DNA of 64,000 nt. Origin: Escherichia coli. Lineage in GTDB: Bacteria > Pseudomonadota > Gammaproteobacteria > Enterobacterales > Enterobacteriaceae. The DNA lies in the NCBI RefSeq assembly GCF_003334405.1, contig NZ_QOWM01000007.1; one strand, 5' to 3'. The position numbers were made by a program, and so were the translations under genes. Position 1 is the first letter of the stretch; the number at the start of each line of letters is the position of its first letter. Under the pieces are notes generated by a model. The model saw only the letters and a list, made by a program, of their open reading frames with translations. It had not been told where the DNA came from and made no database searches. Shown one piece after another: positions 21,228 through 37,605 of this stretch.

Positions 21228-23336
21228 TTAATTTCGGTTTCGGGTGACTTTAATCACGTCTGGCATCACGCGGATTTTGCGCATGATATTCGCCAGATGC
21301 ACACGGTCACGAGCGGTCAGACGAATAAAGGCGCTGTAGACGCGACCATCTTTCTCTTCCGTATTCAAACTTTGAATATTCGAGGTCGTGGTGTTAATTG
21401 CCGCCGTCAGGTTTGCCAGCGCACCCTGATGATTGAACATCTCCACCTTGATTTCGGTGATGAATTCCTGCGCCGTCTCTTTATCCCATTCCACAGCCAT
21501 AAACTTCTCTGGCTCTTTCTGGTAGCCACGGATGTTACGGCAGGATTCATGGTGGATCACCAGACCTTTACCGGGGCTGACGTGGGCGATAATCGGGTCG
21601 CCAGGAATAGGGCGGCAGCATTTCGCAAAGGTGATCAGCACGCCATCGGCACCTTTAATTGGCAGATGTCCGTGACTTTGGGTTGCCGGTGGAATGGAGG
21701 CGTCCCCATGTTGTAGATTTTTCGCGACCACCACGCTCATTGCGTTACCAAGGCCGATTTCAGCCAGCAGATCGTCAAGCGTTGCCAGCTTCATGCGATC
21801 CAGCTCGCGCTGAATATTTTCCTGCGGGATTTCATTCAGCTTACGGCTACCACCCAAAGCATGGTTGAGCAGACGACGGCCCAGGCTTACAGAATCATCA
21901 CGCTTGAGGTTTTTCAGCAACTGACGAATTTTGGCGCGCGCTTTTGAGCTAACGACAAAGTTCAGCCACGCGGCATTCGGGCGAGCGCCCGGTGCGGTAA
22001 TGATTTCAACGGTTTGACCGCTGGTAAGCGGCTGCGACAGCGGGTAAGGCTGGCGGTCAACGCGTGCGCCCACGCAGGCATGACCGATATCGGTATGCAC
22101 TGCATAAGCGAAGTCGACGGGCGTTGCACCGGCAGGCAGCTCGACAATGCGCCCTTCCGGTGTGAAAACGTAAATCTCATCCGGGAAGAGATCGGATTTA
22201 ACGCTCTCGATAAATTCAAACGAACTACCGGCGCTCTGTTGCAGCTCCAGCAGGCTTTGCATCCAGCGCTGGGCGCGGATTTGTGCGGTAGTACTGGTTT
22301 CGCCGTGCTCTTTATAAGCCCAGTGCGCGGCAACACCCATCTCCGCCATCTGATCCATATCTTCGGTACGGATCTGGACCTCAACCGGCACGCCGTGCGG
22401 GCCAATCATCGAGGTGTGCAAAGACTGATAGCCGTTCGCTTTTGGAATGGCGATATAGTCTTTCACGCGGCCCGGACGCGGCTTGTACAGGCTGTGCATC
22501 TGGCCCAGCACGCGATAACAGGTGTCAGAATCATTGACGATCACGCGGAAAGCGTAGATGTCCATGATTGAGTGAAAACGCTGCTCTTTGAGCACCATTT
22601 TGCAGTAAATCGAATAAAGATGCTTTTCGCGACCACTGACGCGGCACGGTATTCCCGCTTCCTGCAAACGCCCTTCGATTTCAGAAAGAATCTTCTGGAT
22701 CATCTCTTTACGGTTGCCGCGCGCGGCTTTCACCACTTCTTTGATTACGCGATAACGGTTGGGATACAGCGCCTCAAAACCCAGCTCTTCGAGTTCGGTT
22801 TTAATGTGGTGGATACCTAAACGGTGCGCCAGCGGGCTGTAAATTTCGAGAGTTTCACGGGCGATGCGGCGACGTTTGTCCGGGCGAAGTGAGCCCAGCG
22901 TGCGCATGTTGTGGGTACGGTCGGCAAGTTTGATGAGGATGACGCGGATATCCTGCACCATCGCCATAATCATCTTGCGAAAGTTTTCGGCCTGCGCCTC
23001 TTTCTTATCGCGGAACTTGAGTTTATCAAGTTTCGACACCCCCTCTACCAGCTCGGCGACGCTTTTACCAAAAAGCTGTTCCATATCCTGGTAGGTGGCG
23101 GGAGTATCTTCAATCACGTCATGCAGCAGCGCCGCCATCAGCGTTTCATAGTCGAGTTTCATCTCGGCCAGAATGCAGGCAACCGCTACCGGGTGCGTGA
23201 TATAGGGTTCACCGCTTGAACGTGTTTGCCCCTCGTGAGCATCACGTGCAACGAGATACGCCTGCCGCAGACGCTTGATTTGGTCTTCCGGCAGGTAGGT
23301 TTGAATCAGTTGATTCAGGCTTTCAAACAGATACAA
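21228..23336 (-). CDS. spoT: bifunctional (p)ppGpp synthetase/hydrolase
   Basis: 702-aa ORF with HD domain (HDVIEDT), synthetase, TGS and ACT regions; matches E. coli SpoT. Confidence 0.97.
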   Translation of the reverse strand: MYLFESLNQLIQTYLPEDQIKRLRQAYLVARDAHEGQTRSSGEPYITHPVAVACILAEMKLDYETLMAALLHDVIEDTPATYQDMEQLFGKSVAELVEGVSKLDKLKFRDKKEAQAENFRKMIMAMVQDIRVILIKLADRTHNMRTLGSLRPDKRRRIARETLEIYSPLAHRLGIHHIKTELEELGFEALYPNRYRVIKEVVKAARGNRKEMIQKILSEIEGRLQEAGIPCRVSGREKHLYSIYCKMVLKEQRFHSIMDIYAFRVIVNDSDTCYRVLGQMHSLYKPRPGRVKDYIAIPKANGYQSLHTSMIGPHGVPVEVQIRTEDMDQMAEMGVAAHWAYKEHGETSTTAQIRAQRWMQSLLELQQSAGSSFEFIESVKSDLFPDEIYVFTPEGRIVELPAGATPVDFAYAVHTDIGHACVGARVDRQPYPLSQPLTSGQTVEIITAPGARPNAAWLNFVVSSKARAKIRQLLKNLKRDDSVSLGRRLLNHALGGSRKLNEIPQENIQRELDRMKLATLDDLLAEIGLGNAMSVVVAKNLQHGDASIPPATQSHGHLPIKGADGVLITFAKCCRPIPGDPIIAHVSPGKGLVIHHESCRNIRGYQKEPEKFMAVEWDKETAQEFITEIKVEMFNHQGALANLTAAINTTTSNIQSLNTEEKDGRVYSAFIRLTARDRVHLANIMRKIRVMPDVIKVTRNRN

Positions 23337-23354
23337 GGGCGACCCGCTTTGTGA

Positions 23355-23630
23355 TTAACGACGACCTTCAGCAATAGCGGTAACGGCTTGTAATTCAGCG
23401 GCTTCCTGCTCTTGCTGTTCCTGGCGTTCGCGAACGTCGAGGATCTGGTTGTTGATCAGACCTTCTTCGATTTCGCGCAGCGCGATTACAGTGGTTTTAT
23501 CGTTTTCTTCCGGTACCAGCGGATCCTTTCCGCCTACCTGCATCTGACGAGCGCGACGCGCGGCGACCAGTACCAGGTCAAAACGGTTACCAATTTTCTC
23601 TACAGCGTCCTGAACAGTTACGCGTGCCAT
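23355..23630 (-). CDS. rpoZ: RNA polymerase omega subunit
   Basis: 91-aa [32 protein letters not shown]. Confidence 0.97.
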
Positions 23631-23684
23631 ACTTAAAAAGCTCCACAGGTGAAGAAATGACTGGGCATGATACTGAAATCAGGT

Positions 23685-26862
<3,178 letters not shown>

Positions 26863-27153
26863 GGTTCTCTCCCTAAAAATCTGTCTGGCAGGGTAGCGAT
26901 TTGTGCGTATTGTCACGATTGAGATTTTTTAAGGTGAGAGGAAATTGATAACTTGTAGTTATGTGAAATCGCTATTTTCTGTAGCGTAGATGCATTCTTC
27001 TGACTTCTTGTCTGAGAAAATGCATAAGAAAAAATAGGTTAAAATTGAGGGGTGGAAAAGAAAGGTGCAATGTTTAGCCATTGTGTTCACCGCACCTGGA
27101 CTTTGGCTTACGCATCGGGTATCTCAATCAACAAAAAGAGTTTTTAGTTTCTG

Positions 27154-27978
27154 CTATTTCTTCTCTGTAATTTTTACACTGTTTTCCAACTGCTTGATGC
27201 TGACCTGCGGGGTCGGCAACTCCTCAGGCATGGTTCCGCCAAGTTCCTGAATGGTTTGCATCACCTTGCTACCCACGTCAAAGTGTGTGGTATTAGCTTG
27301 CTGTTTTGAATTCACGCCATCCCGCTTGAGTTTTTCTTCTGTTTGGGTAGCTCGAAAGAGATTAGCCGCCAGTTCTGTTGAACCCATATGATCCAGGATC
27401 TTCTGATTCTTTTTCAGCCCCTTCCGCTGATGAATAGCTTTCTGATCTAATCCACCATACAGCCCCTGGTAACCATGATTCTGAAATATGGCGAAATCAG
27501 TAGCTGTCGCTACCCCAGCTTGCTGTGCTGCCTCAACCAATTGTTTGTTATGTTCTTTCAACTCATTTCTCAGAAACAGACGCTTTTCGTCTTCACGAAG
27601 TTGCTTAAATGCTTCATCGTCAGCAAGCTCCTGCCGTCGGGTCTGGATAGCAAAATAAGTCTGCCCTGCCGCAATGACCGGTTTCGCAGGGTCGCCGTTT
27701 TGTACTACCAGGTAACAGGCATAGCGGGAGAGTACGATGTCTTTTAATGCTCTTTTGGCATTTGAGCCAATTTTGACCATATCGAGGATCTCCTCGAAAT
27801 GGTCATCAATTGTGTGACCACTGTTCTCACAGGCTTCTTTGGCGCGCGTTAATACAGGTATAAAGTGACGATACTCTGAATAACCCAGTAGTTTCCCAAG
27901 TTGTCTTGCTGACCATTGTTCTGCTCCGTTTGCATTAATCAGTTTTATCTCTTCAAAAGGTTGATGATGTTCGTTCAT
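27154..27978 (-). CDS. dinD: DNA damage-inducible protein D
   Basis: 274-aa product from MNEHHQPFEEIKL; LexA box located upstream. Confidence 0.9.
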   Translation of the reverse strand: MNEHHQPFEEIKLINANGAEQWSARQLGKLLGYSEYRHFIPVLTRAKEACENSGHTIDDHFEEILDMVKIGSNAKRALKDIVLSRYACYLVVQNGDPAKPVIAAGQTYFAIQTRRQELADDEAFKQLREDEKRLFLRNELKEHNKQLVEAAQQAGVATATDFAIFQNHGYQGLYGGLDQKAIHQRKGLKKNQKILDHMGSTELAANLFRATQTEEKLKRDGVNSKQQANTTHFDVGSKVMQTIQELGGTMPEELPTPQVSIKQLENSVKITEKK

Positions 27979-28023
27979 TGCCCACTCCATGTGATATCAA
28001 TTGCAAAGAAAGTAAATCTGTAA

Positions 28024-28039
28024 CTGTATTTATATACAG
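28024..28039. promoter_or_regulatory. LexA (SOS) box upstream of dinD
   Basis: CTGTATTTATATACAG matches the CTGT-N8-ACAG consensus, about 46 bp upstream of the dinD start codon. Confidence 0.8.
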
Positions 28040-28199
28040 TTGTGAGTATCTCACGTTCTCAGTGTGCTGGGCAAAAAAACATCGCAAAATCTGGAGCAGG
28101 CACGAAAAACAGAATTGAAAGTTGCGGGGAAGAAAAATGCCGCTCTGTTTGAGTGGGCGGCATTTGTGAAGGCTGAAAAGTAAGAATTGGCGTTACGAG

Positions 28200-29063
28200 T
28201 TATTCAATATTCTGAATCTGCTCGCGCATCTGCTCAATCAACACTTTCAGCTCAATCGCGGAGTTTGTCACTTCGGCATTGATAGACTTCGACGCAAGAG
28301 TGTTCGACTCGCGGTTGAACTCCTGCATCATAAAGTCCAGACGACGACCAACGGCTTCTTTTTTCTTCAGAATGTTGTAGGTCTCTTTGACATGCGCTTC
28401 GAGGCGGTCCAGTTCTTCGGCAACGTCAATTCGTTGTGCCAGCAGAACCAACTCCTGCTCCAGACGGTTGTTTTCCAACTGAACCTGAGCATCTTCCAGC
28501 TTCGCGACCAAGCGTTCACGCTGCCATTGCAGGATTTCCGGCATATGGGAGCGGACTTTGACCACTTCGGCGGTGACGCCTTCCAGACGCTGCTCGATCA
28601 ATGCTTTCAGTGCCTGACCTTCGGTTTCGCGCGCGACAATAAAGTCGTCCAGCGTACCATCCAGCGCCGCGAGAATTTCAGCGGCAATGGCGTCAAGATC
28701 CTGCTCCTGGGCTGCCATCACGCCCGGCCAGCGTAGAATATCAACCGGGTTGATTTCCCCTTCGTCACTCTGCATTTTTACCCAGTTCGCGGCAGTTACC
28801 AGCTGTTTAGCCAGTTTTTCGTTGAGGATCAGCTCACCTTGCGCGCTAACATCTGGCTCATAGCGCAGGGTACATTCCACTTTACCGCGCGTCAGGCGAG
28901 AACGAATACGCTCGCGAACGACAGGTTCAAGGCTACGGAACTGCTCCGGCAGACGAAAGTAAGTTTCCAGATAACGCTGGTTTACCGAGCGCATTTCCCA
29001 GGTTGCGCTCCCCCATTCACCCTTGATTTCACGCCGGGCGTAGGCGGTCATACTGCGGATCAT
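28200..29063 (-). CDS. yicC: YicC-family endoribonuclease (stress-induced)
   Basis: 287-aa ORF matching E. coli YicC; divergent from rph. Confidence 0.9.
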   Translation of the reverse strand: MIRSMTAYARREIKGEWGSATWEMRSVNQRYLETYFRLPEQFRSLEPVVRERIRSRLTRGKVECTLRYEPDVSAQGELILNEKLAKQLVTAANWVKMQSDEGEINPVDILRWPGVMAAQEQDLDAIAAEILAALDGTLDDFIVARETEGQALKALIEQRLEGVTAEVVKVRSHMPEILQWQRERLVAKLEDAQVQLENNRLEQELVLLAQRIDVAEELDRLEAHVKETYNILKKKEAVGRRLDFMMQEFNRESNTLASKSINAEVTNSAIELKVLIEQMREQIQNIE

Positions 29064-29189
29064 AGACGTTCCTGTTTATAAAAGGAGAGGTGGAAGGATT
29101 ATAGCCATCGATGCCTTGTCAGGATAGGAATAACCGCCGGAAGTCCGTATAATGCGCAGCCACATTTGTTTCAAGCCGGAGATTTCAAT

Positions 29190-29906
29190 ATGCGTCCAGC
29201 AGGCCGTAGCAATAATCAGGTGCGTCCCGTTACCCTGACTCGTAACTATACAAAACATGCAGAAGGCTCGGTGCTGGTCGAATTTGGCGATACCAAAGTG
29301 TTGTGTACCGCCTCTATTGAAGAAGGCGTGCCGCGCTTCCTGAAAGGTCAGGGCCAGGGCTGGATCACCGCAGAGTACGGCATGCTGCCACGTTCTACCC
29401 ACACCCGTAACGCTCGTGAAGCGGCGAAAGGTAAGCAGGGTGGACGCACAATGGAAATCCAGCGTCTGATCGCCCGTGCGCTTCGCGCGGCAGTAGATTT
29501 GAAAGCGCTGGGTGAGTTCACCATTACGCTGGACTGCGACGTGCTTCAGGCTGATGGTGGCACGCGTACCGCTTCGATTACGGGTGCCTGTGTGGCGCTG
29601 GCAGATGCGCTACAGAAGCTGGTGGAAAACGGCAAGCTGAAAACCAACCCGATGAAAGGGATGGTAGCCGCGGTTTCTGTCGGGATTGTGAACGGCGAAG
29701 CGGTTTGCGATCTGGAATACGTTGAAGACTCTGCCGCAGAGACCGACATGAACGTAGTGATGACCGAAGACGGGCGCATCATTGAAGTGCAGGGGACGGC
29801 AGAAGGCGAGCCGTTCACCCATGAAGAGCTACTCACCTTGTTGGCGCTGGCCCGAGGGGGAATCGAATCCATTGTAGCGACGCAGAAGGCGGCGCTGGCA
29901 AACTGA
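29190..29906 (+). CDS. rph: ribonuclease PH (intact, full length)
   Basis: 238-aa product from [13 protein letters not shown] to ...QKAALAN; no frameshift near the 3' end, unlike the rph-1 allele of K-12 MG1655. Confidence 0.93.
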   Translation: MRPAGRSNNQVRPVTLTRNYTKHAEGSVLVEFGDTKVLCTASIEEGVPRFLKGQGQGWITAEYGMLPRSTHTRNAREAAKGKQGGRTMEIQRLIARALRAAVDLKALGEFTITLDCDVLQADGGTRTASITGACVALADALQKLVENGKLKTNPMKGMVAAVSVGIVNGEAVCDLEYVEDSAAETDMNVVMTEDGRIIEVQGTAEGEPFTHEELLTLLALARGGIESIVATQKAALAN

Positions 29907-29914
29907 TTTTTAAG

Positions 29915-29938
29915 GCGACTGATGAGTCGCTTTTTTTT
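29915..29938 (+). terminator. rph-pyrE intercistronic attenuator/terminator hairpin
   Basis: gcgact-gatg-agtcgc stem followed by T8 between rph stop and pyrE start; position matches the known pyrE attenuator. Confidence 0.75.
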
Positions 29939-29970
29939 GTCTGTAGAAAAGTAAGATGAGGAGCGAAGGC

Positions 29971-30612
29971 ATGAAACCATATCAGCGCCAGTTTATTGAA
30001 TTTGCGCTTAGCAAGCAGGTGTTAAAGTTTGGCGAGTTTACGCTGAAATCCGGGCGTAAAAGCCCCTATTTCTTCAACGCCGGGCTGTTTAATACCGGGC
30101 GCGACCTGGCACTGTTAGGCCGTTTTTACGCTGAAGCATTGGTGGACTCCGGCATTGAGTTCGATCTGCTGTTTGGCCCTGCTTACAAAGGGATCCCGAT
30201 TGCCACCACAACCGCCGTGGCGTTGGCGGAGCATCATGACCTGGACCTGCCGTACTGCTTTAACCGCAAAGAGGCAAAAGACCACGGTGAAGGCGGCAAT
30301 CTGGTTGGTAGCGCGTTACAAGGACGCGTAATGCTGGTAGATGATGTGATCACCGCCGGAACGGCGATTCGTGAGTCGATGGAAATTATTCAGGCCAATG
30401 GCGCGACGCTTGCTGGCGTGTTGATTTCGCTCGATCGTCAGGAACGGGGGCGCGGCGAGATTTCGGCGATTCAGGAAGTTGAGCGTGATTACAACTGCAA
30501 AGTGATCTCTATCATCACCCTGAAAGATCTGATTGCTTACCTGGAAGAGAAGCCGGAAATGGCGGAACATCTGGCGGCGGTTAAGGCCTATCGCGAAGAG
30601 TTTGGCGTTTAA
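29971..30612 (+). CDS. pyrE: orotate phosphoribosyltransferase
   Basis: 213-aa product from [13 protein letters not shown]; PRPP-binding motif [13 protein letters not shown]. Confidence 0.95.
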
Positions 30613-30648
30613 AGAAACTCGCCGGATGAAAATTCATCCGGCGTCATA

Positions 30649-31245
30649 TTACTGCAACTGCGCGGCAATTAGCGGCCAGCGGGCGTCAAAATCATCCGTC
30701 GGGCGGTATTTAAATTCGCTGCGGACAAAACGTGACAGCATACCTTCACAGAAGGCCAGGATCTGGCTTGCCAGCAGGGTTTCATCGGTGGTGTAACCTT
30801 CACCCTCACGCATTCTCTTTTCACGCAATACCTGGCGCAGCTGCGCTTCAATACGCTCGAACAGCTGGTTGATGCGCCCTTGCAGGCGATCCTGTTCAAA
30901 CATTAGCGCATGACCAGTGAGGATGCGGGTCAGGCCAGGATTACGCTCACCAAAACCGAGAAGCAGCAACACAATCAGACGCAGGCGCGCTGTGGTGTCT
31001 TTCTCATCTTTCAGAATCAGATTGATGCGAGTAATCAGGCTATCTTCGATAAACTCAATCAGGCTATCGAACATGCGGGTCTTACTGGGGAAGTGGCGAT
31101 ACAGTGCCGCTTCGGAAACGCCGACAGAGGCGGCCAGTTTTGCCGTCGTGATACGTTGGCTTCCATCGCTGGATTCCAGCATCAGCGCCAGAGACTGAAG
31201 TATTTCCTCGCGACGGTTCCTTTTCGCAGTTTGTTTTTCTGCCAT
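30649..31245 (-). CDS. slmA: nucleoid occlusion factor SlmA (TetR family)
   Basis: 198-aa product from [16 protein letters not shown]; TetR-type HTH. Confidence 0.92.
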
Positions 31246-31351
31246 GTTACAAAATACCCCTGAAAATAAGCACTTGCCAGGCGGCACCCACGCTATGACC
31301 GCAAACGAAATGTTTGCGGCTATGTTATGACGTTATTCGGATGCGTATGTG

Positions 31352-31807
31352 TTACTGACGACCAGAGTGACCAAAGCCGCCTTCACCGCGGTCGGTGGCG
31401 TCGAAATCTTCCACCAGATTAAATTCAGCCTGTACTACCGGAACAAAAATCATCTGGGCGATGCGTTCGCCAGGTTGAATGGTGAAGCTGTCCTGACCAC
31501 GGTTCCACACGGAAATCATCAACTGGCCCTGATAGTCGGAATCGATCAATCCTACCAGGTTACCAAGCACGATACCGTGCTTATGTCCCAATCCGGAGCG
31601 CGGCAGCATCATTGCCGCCAGTGAAGGATCGGCAATATGAATCGCCAGCCCGGTCGGAACCAGCGTAGTGTCACCCGGAGCCAGTTCTACGGCGTCGTCG
31701 AGACAGGCACGCAGGTCAAGTCCGGCAGAGCCAGAGGTGGCATAAGTCGGGAGCGGAAATTCCTTCCCAACGCGCGGGTCCAGAATCTTAACGTCGATTT
31801 TTTTCAT
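31352..31807 (-). CDS. dut: dUTP diphosphatase
   Basis: 151-aa product [14 protein letters not shown] (ORF track offers an extra N-terminal Met at 31810). Confidence 0.95.
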
Positions 31808-33008
31808 CATAACGGGTCACGATCTCGTCGAGTAATAATTGGCCAAGGAGCTCTTTGCGCTCAAGCGGTAAGACTTTATCTCCGTCCTGCCAGAAAAGGT
31901 GTAATGCGTTGTTGTCGCTGTTAAATCCTTGAGTTGGCTGGGAAACATCGTTCGCGCAGATCAGATCAAGGTTTTTACGGATACGTTTTTGCCGGGCGTA
32001 TTCTTCCACATTATTTGTTTCGGCGGCAAATCCAACGACGTAGGGTCGATGGTCTTTTAGTGCGGCAACGCCTGCGACGATATCGGGGTTTTTAACCATT
32101 TTTATTGTTAATTCATCACCCTGCGTGGCCTGCTTTTTGATTTTTTCTGGGGCCACGGTAGCTGCGCGATAATCCGCCACGGCGGCGCAGCCGATAAAAA
32201 TATTTTGCTGCTGTACAGAAGCATTCACGGCGGCTTCCATTTCCAGCGCGGTCATCACATCAACACGTTTAACAAACGGTGGCGTCGGTAGTGAAACCGG
32301 ACCTGATACCAGCGTGACGTTCGCGCCACGACGGGCAGCGGCGGCGGCGATAGCAAAACCCATCTTGCCGGAGCTGTGATTAGAGATATAACGCACCGGA
32401 TCGAGCGGTTCACGCGTCGGACCGGCGGTAATCATAATGTTCAGATGTTTCAGGTCGTTGACGGGCGAAAAATGCGCCACCGCCATATCCACAATGGTTA
32501 ACGGATCGAGCATTCGCCCAGGACCGATATCACCACAAGCCTGACTGCCACTGTCTGGCCCCCAGATGAGCAAACCACGGGAAGCAAGCACCTCTAAATT
32601 ATGCTGCGTGGCAGCGGCACGGTACATCTGCTGGTTCATGGCGGGGAGCACGGCTACAGGCGCAGGTGTAGCCAGACAAATCGTCGATACCAGGTCATTC
32701 GCCATTCCGGCAGCAACACGGGCAATCAAATCTGCCGTGGCAGGGGCGAGAATCACTAAATCAGCCCATTTACCCAGCTCAATATGGCCCATAGCGGCTT
32801 CGGCTGCCGGGTCCAGCAAACTGTCGGAAACGGGATAACCAGAAACCGCCTGCAAGCTAAGTGGGGTGATAAAGGCTTTTGCCGCTTCGGTCATGGCTAC
32901 GCGGACGTCGGCCCCGCGATCGCGCAAACGACGCACCAGTTCAGGGGTTTTATAGGCAGCAATACCGCCGCTAACGCCGAGAACGATTTTTTTACCGGCC
33001 AGGCTCAT
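31788..33008 (-). CDS. coaBC: bifunctional phosphopantothenoylcysteine decarboxylase/synthetase
   Basis: 406-aa product from [20 protein letters not shown]; 3' end overlaps the dut start. Confidence 0.93.
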
Positions 33009-33179
33009 GATGATTTTTCCTGTTGGGTGACACCAGAAGTTGGCGATTTTATCACAATACTTTTGTTGTCGTGCCTTCACCTGAGAATCACTTTGCGAGG
33101 CGCTTTCCAGGATTGAAAACTGGCCGTCGATTTAACGGAACGGCTATGACAGGATGCGAGCACCACAAAGGAGGTGAAG

Positions 33180-33848
33180 GTGAAAAACAATTCACAGCTG
33201 TTGATGCCGCGCGAAAAAATGCTGAAGTTTGGTATTAGCGCCTTAACGGATGTCGAGCTGCTGGCGCTATTTCTGCGTACCGGAACGCGCGGTAAAGATG
33301 TATTAACCCTGGCAAAAGAGATGCTGGAGAATTTCGGCTCTCTTTATGGCTTGTTAACCTCTGAATATGAACAATTTAGTGGCGTTCATGGAATTGGCGT
33401 GGCGAAATTTGCCCAGTTAAAGGGGATTGCTGAACTGGCGCGGCGTTACTACAACGTGCGGATGCGTGAAGAAAGCCCTTTACTCAGCCCGGAGATGACG
33501 CGGGAATTTTTACAAAGCCAGCTCACGGGTGAGGAGCGGGAGATCTTTATGGTGATCTTTCTCGACTCACAACACCGGGTTATAACGCATAGCCGTCTTT
33601 TTTCCGGCACGCTAAACCATGTTGAAGTCCATCCTCGGGAAATTATCCGCGAAGCGATAAAAATAAACGCCTCGGCGCTGATCCTTGCACATAATCACCC
33701 TTCGGGTTGTGCTGAACCCAGTAAAGCGGATAAACTCATTACTGAACGGATAATAAAGAGTTGTCAGTTCATGGATTTACGCGTGCTCGACCATATCGTG
33801 ATTGGGCGTGGAGAGTATGTTTCTTTTGCCGAACGCGGTTGGATTTAA
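33180..33848 (+). CDS. yicR: UPF0758/RadC-family JAMM protein
   Basis: 222-aa product; GTG start at 33180 ([13 protein letters not shown]) preceded by aggagg SD, with an alternative GTG at 33174; JAMM motif HNHPSG. Confidence 0.85.
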   Translation: MKNNSQLLMPREKMLKFGISALTDVELLALFLRTGTRGKDVLTLAKEMLENFGSLYGLLTSEYEQFSGVHGIGVAKFAQLKGIAELARRYYNVRMREESPLLSPEMTREFLQSQLTGEEREIFMVIFLDSQHRVITHSRLFSGTLNHVEVHPREIIREAIKINASALILAHNHPSGCAEPSKADKLITERIIKSCQFMDLRVLDHIVIGRGEYVSFAERGWI

Positions 33849-34043
33849 CCCGCTATGCGCGATCCTTCGGGATCTTTGTCTGTTCGGGACTTGAGCACAT
33901 CGCTGAGTCAGCGTATACTACGCCACCTTTGAGAATCTCGGGTTTGGCATTTGGGCCTGGCAATCGAGAGTTCACATAGAACTGCGATGACCGGGCTGTA
34001 AAGCCTGACGAGGCGCCAATACCCCATACGAAGCTCGAGCTAA

Positions 34044-34301
<258 letters not shown>

Positions 34302-34318
34302 GTACTTAGAGGAAATAA

Positions 34319-34489
<171 letters not shown>

Positions 34490-34510
34490 TTCTCGCTTTG
34501 ATGTAACAAA

Positions 34511-34532
34511 AAACCTCGCTCCGGCGGGGTTT
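34511..34532 (+). terminator. rho-independent terminator after rpmG
   Basis: cctcgc-tccg-gcgggg stem followed by TTTTTT. Confidence 0.7.
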
Positions 34533-34586
34533 TTTGTTATCTGCTTGCCCCCATATTGACTGCATCTGTTCATTCCTGGAGATGCT

Positions 34587-35396
34587 ATGCCTGAATTACC
34601 CGAAGTTGAAACCAGCCGCCGCGGCATAGAACCGCATCTCGTTGGTGCAACCATTCTTCATGCAGTGGTGCGCAACGGACGCTTGCGCTGGCCGGTTTCA
34701 GAAGAGATCTACCGTTTAAGCGACCAACCAGTGCTTAGCGTGCAGCGGCGGGCTAAATATCTGCTGCTGGAGCTGCCTGAGGGCTGGATTATCATTCATT
34801 TAGGGATGTCTGGCAGCCTGCGCATCCTTCCAGAAGAACTTCCCCCTGAAAAGCATGACCATGTGGATTTGGTGATGAACAACGGCAAAGTGCTGCGCTA
34901 CACCGATCCGCGCCGCTTTGGTGCCTGGCTGTGGACCAAAGAGCTGGAAGGGCATAATGTGCTGGCCCATCTTGGACCGGAGCCGCTTAGCGACGATTTC
35001 AATGGTGAGTATCTGCATCAGAAGTGCGCGAAGAAAAAAACGGCGATCAAACCGTGGCTGATGGATAACAAGCTGGTGGTAGGCGTAGGGAATATCTATG
35101 CCAGCGAATCTCTGTTTGCGGCGGGGATCCATCCGGATCGGCTGGCGTCATCACTGTCGCTGGCGGAGTGCGAATTGCTGGCTCGGGTGATTAAAGCGGT
35201 GTTGCTGCGTTCGATTGAGCAGGGCGGTACAACGCTAAAAGATTTTCTGCAAAGCGACGGTAAACCGGGCTATTTCGCGCAGGAATTGCAGGTTTACGGG
35301 CGAAAAGGTGAGCCGTGTCGGGTGTGCGGTACGCCGATTGTGGCGACTAAACATGCGCAGCGGGCAACGTTTTATTGTCGGCAGTGCCAGAAGTAA
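34587..35396 (+). CDS. mutM: formamidopyrimidine-DNA glycosylase
   Basis: 269-aa ORF starting MPELPEVE with a C-terminal zinc finger ([24 protein letters not shown]). Confidence 0.96.
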   Translation: MPELPEVETSRRGIEPHLVGATILHAVVRNGRLRWPVSEEIYRLSDQPVLSVQRRAKYLLLELPEGWIIIHLGMSGSLRILPEELPPEKHDHVDLVMNNGKVLRYTDPRRFGAWLWTKELEGHNVLAHLGPEPLSDDFNGEYLHQKCAKKKTAIKPWLMDNKLVVGVGNIYASESLFAAGIHPDRLASSLSLAECELLARVIKAVLLRSIEQGGTTLKDFLQSDGKPGYFAQELQVYGRKGEPCRVCGTPIVATKHAQRATFYCRQCQK

Positions 35397-35405
35397 TTCA
35401 TGCGC

Positions 35406-35427
35406 GCCGGATGGCATACCATCCGGC
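35406..35427. terminator. perfect palindrome between convergent mutM and coaD (possible bidirectional terminator)
   Basis: gccggatgg-cata-ccatccggc seen directly; no obvious U-tract, so termination activity is uncertain. Confidence 0.4.
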
Positions 35428-35434
35428 ATAAACG

Positions 35435-37199
<1,765 letters not shown>

Positions 37200-37519
37200 A
37201 ATAAATAGCTGACTTATGGATGTGCTGGGGATTCTATGTATTTAGCACCGGGTTTGCCATTACTTTTCCTTTTTTTGACTTAATTAGCCTCTGTTTGAGC
37301 TGATCTGCCGCTAGATCTTCATTTTTTTTGTATTTTTATGCGATTCATTGAATTTCAGCCAGGATTGCAGCTTTACATCGACAATATCTGGATTCTCGAG
37401 TATGCAAAATTTTATCTCTATGATTTTTATAATTAAAACATATTTTGTGTATAAAAATCATTCGGGTCGGATTGCTGCGAAAGAAATGATACACTAGCGC
37501 GTCAAAGTAAGTGCGTTAT

Positions 37520-37558
37520 CAGTATTCGGGTAGCTGTTGAGCCTGGGGCGGTAGCGTG
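37520..37558 (+). promoter_or_regulatory. JUMPstart sequence containing the ops element (GGCGGTAG, 37547..37554) in the waaQ leader
   Basis: cagtattcgggtagctgttgagcctggggcggtagcgtg matches the JUMPstart consensus; ops is the RfaH recruitment site. Confidence 0.85.
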
Positions 37559-37605
37559 CTTTTTTCTGCTTAACTTAACCAGACAATCACACAAAAGAGT
37601 CGCTA

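Noticed and set aside
37200-37605. Approximately 400-bp waaA-waaQ intergenic region as a possible hidden gene or sRNA locus
   Set aside because: No ORF with coding character is present; the region is the known divergent promoter/leader with JUMPstart-ops, and any leader-derived sRNA cannot be demonstrated from sequence alone.
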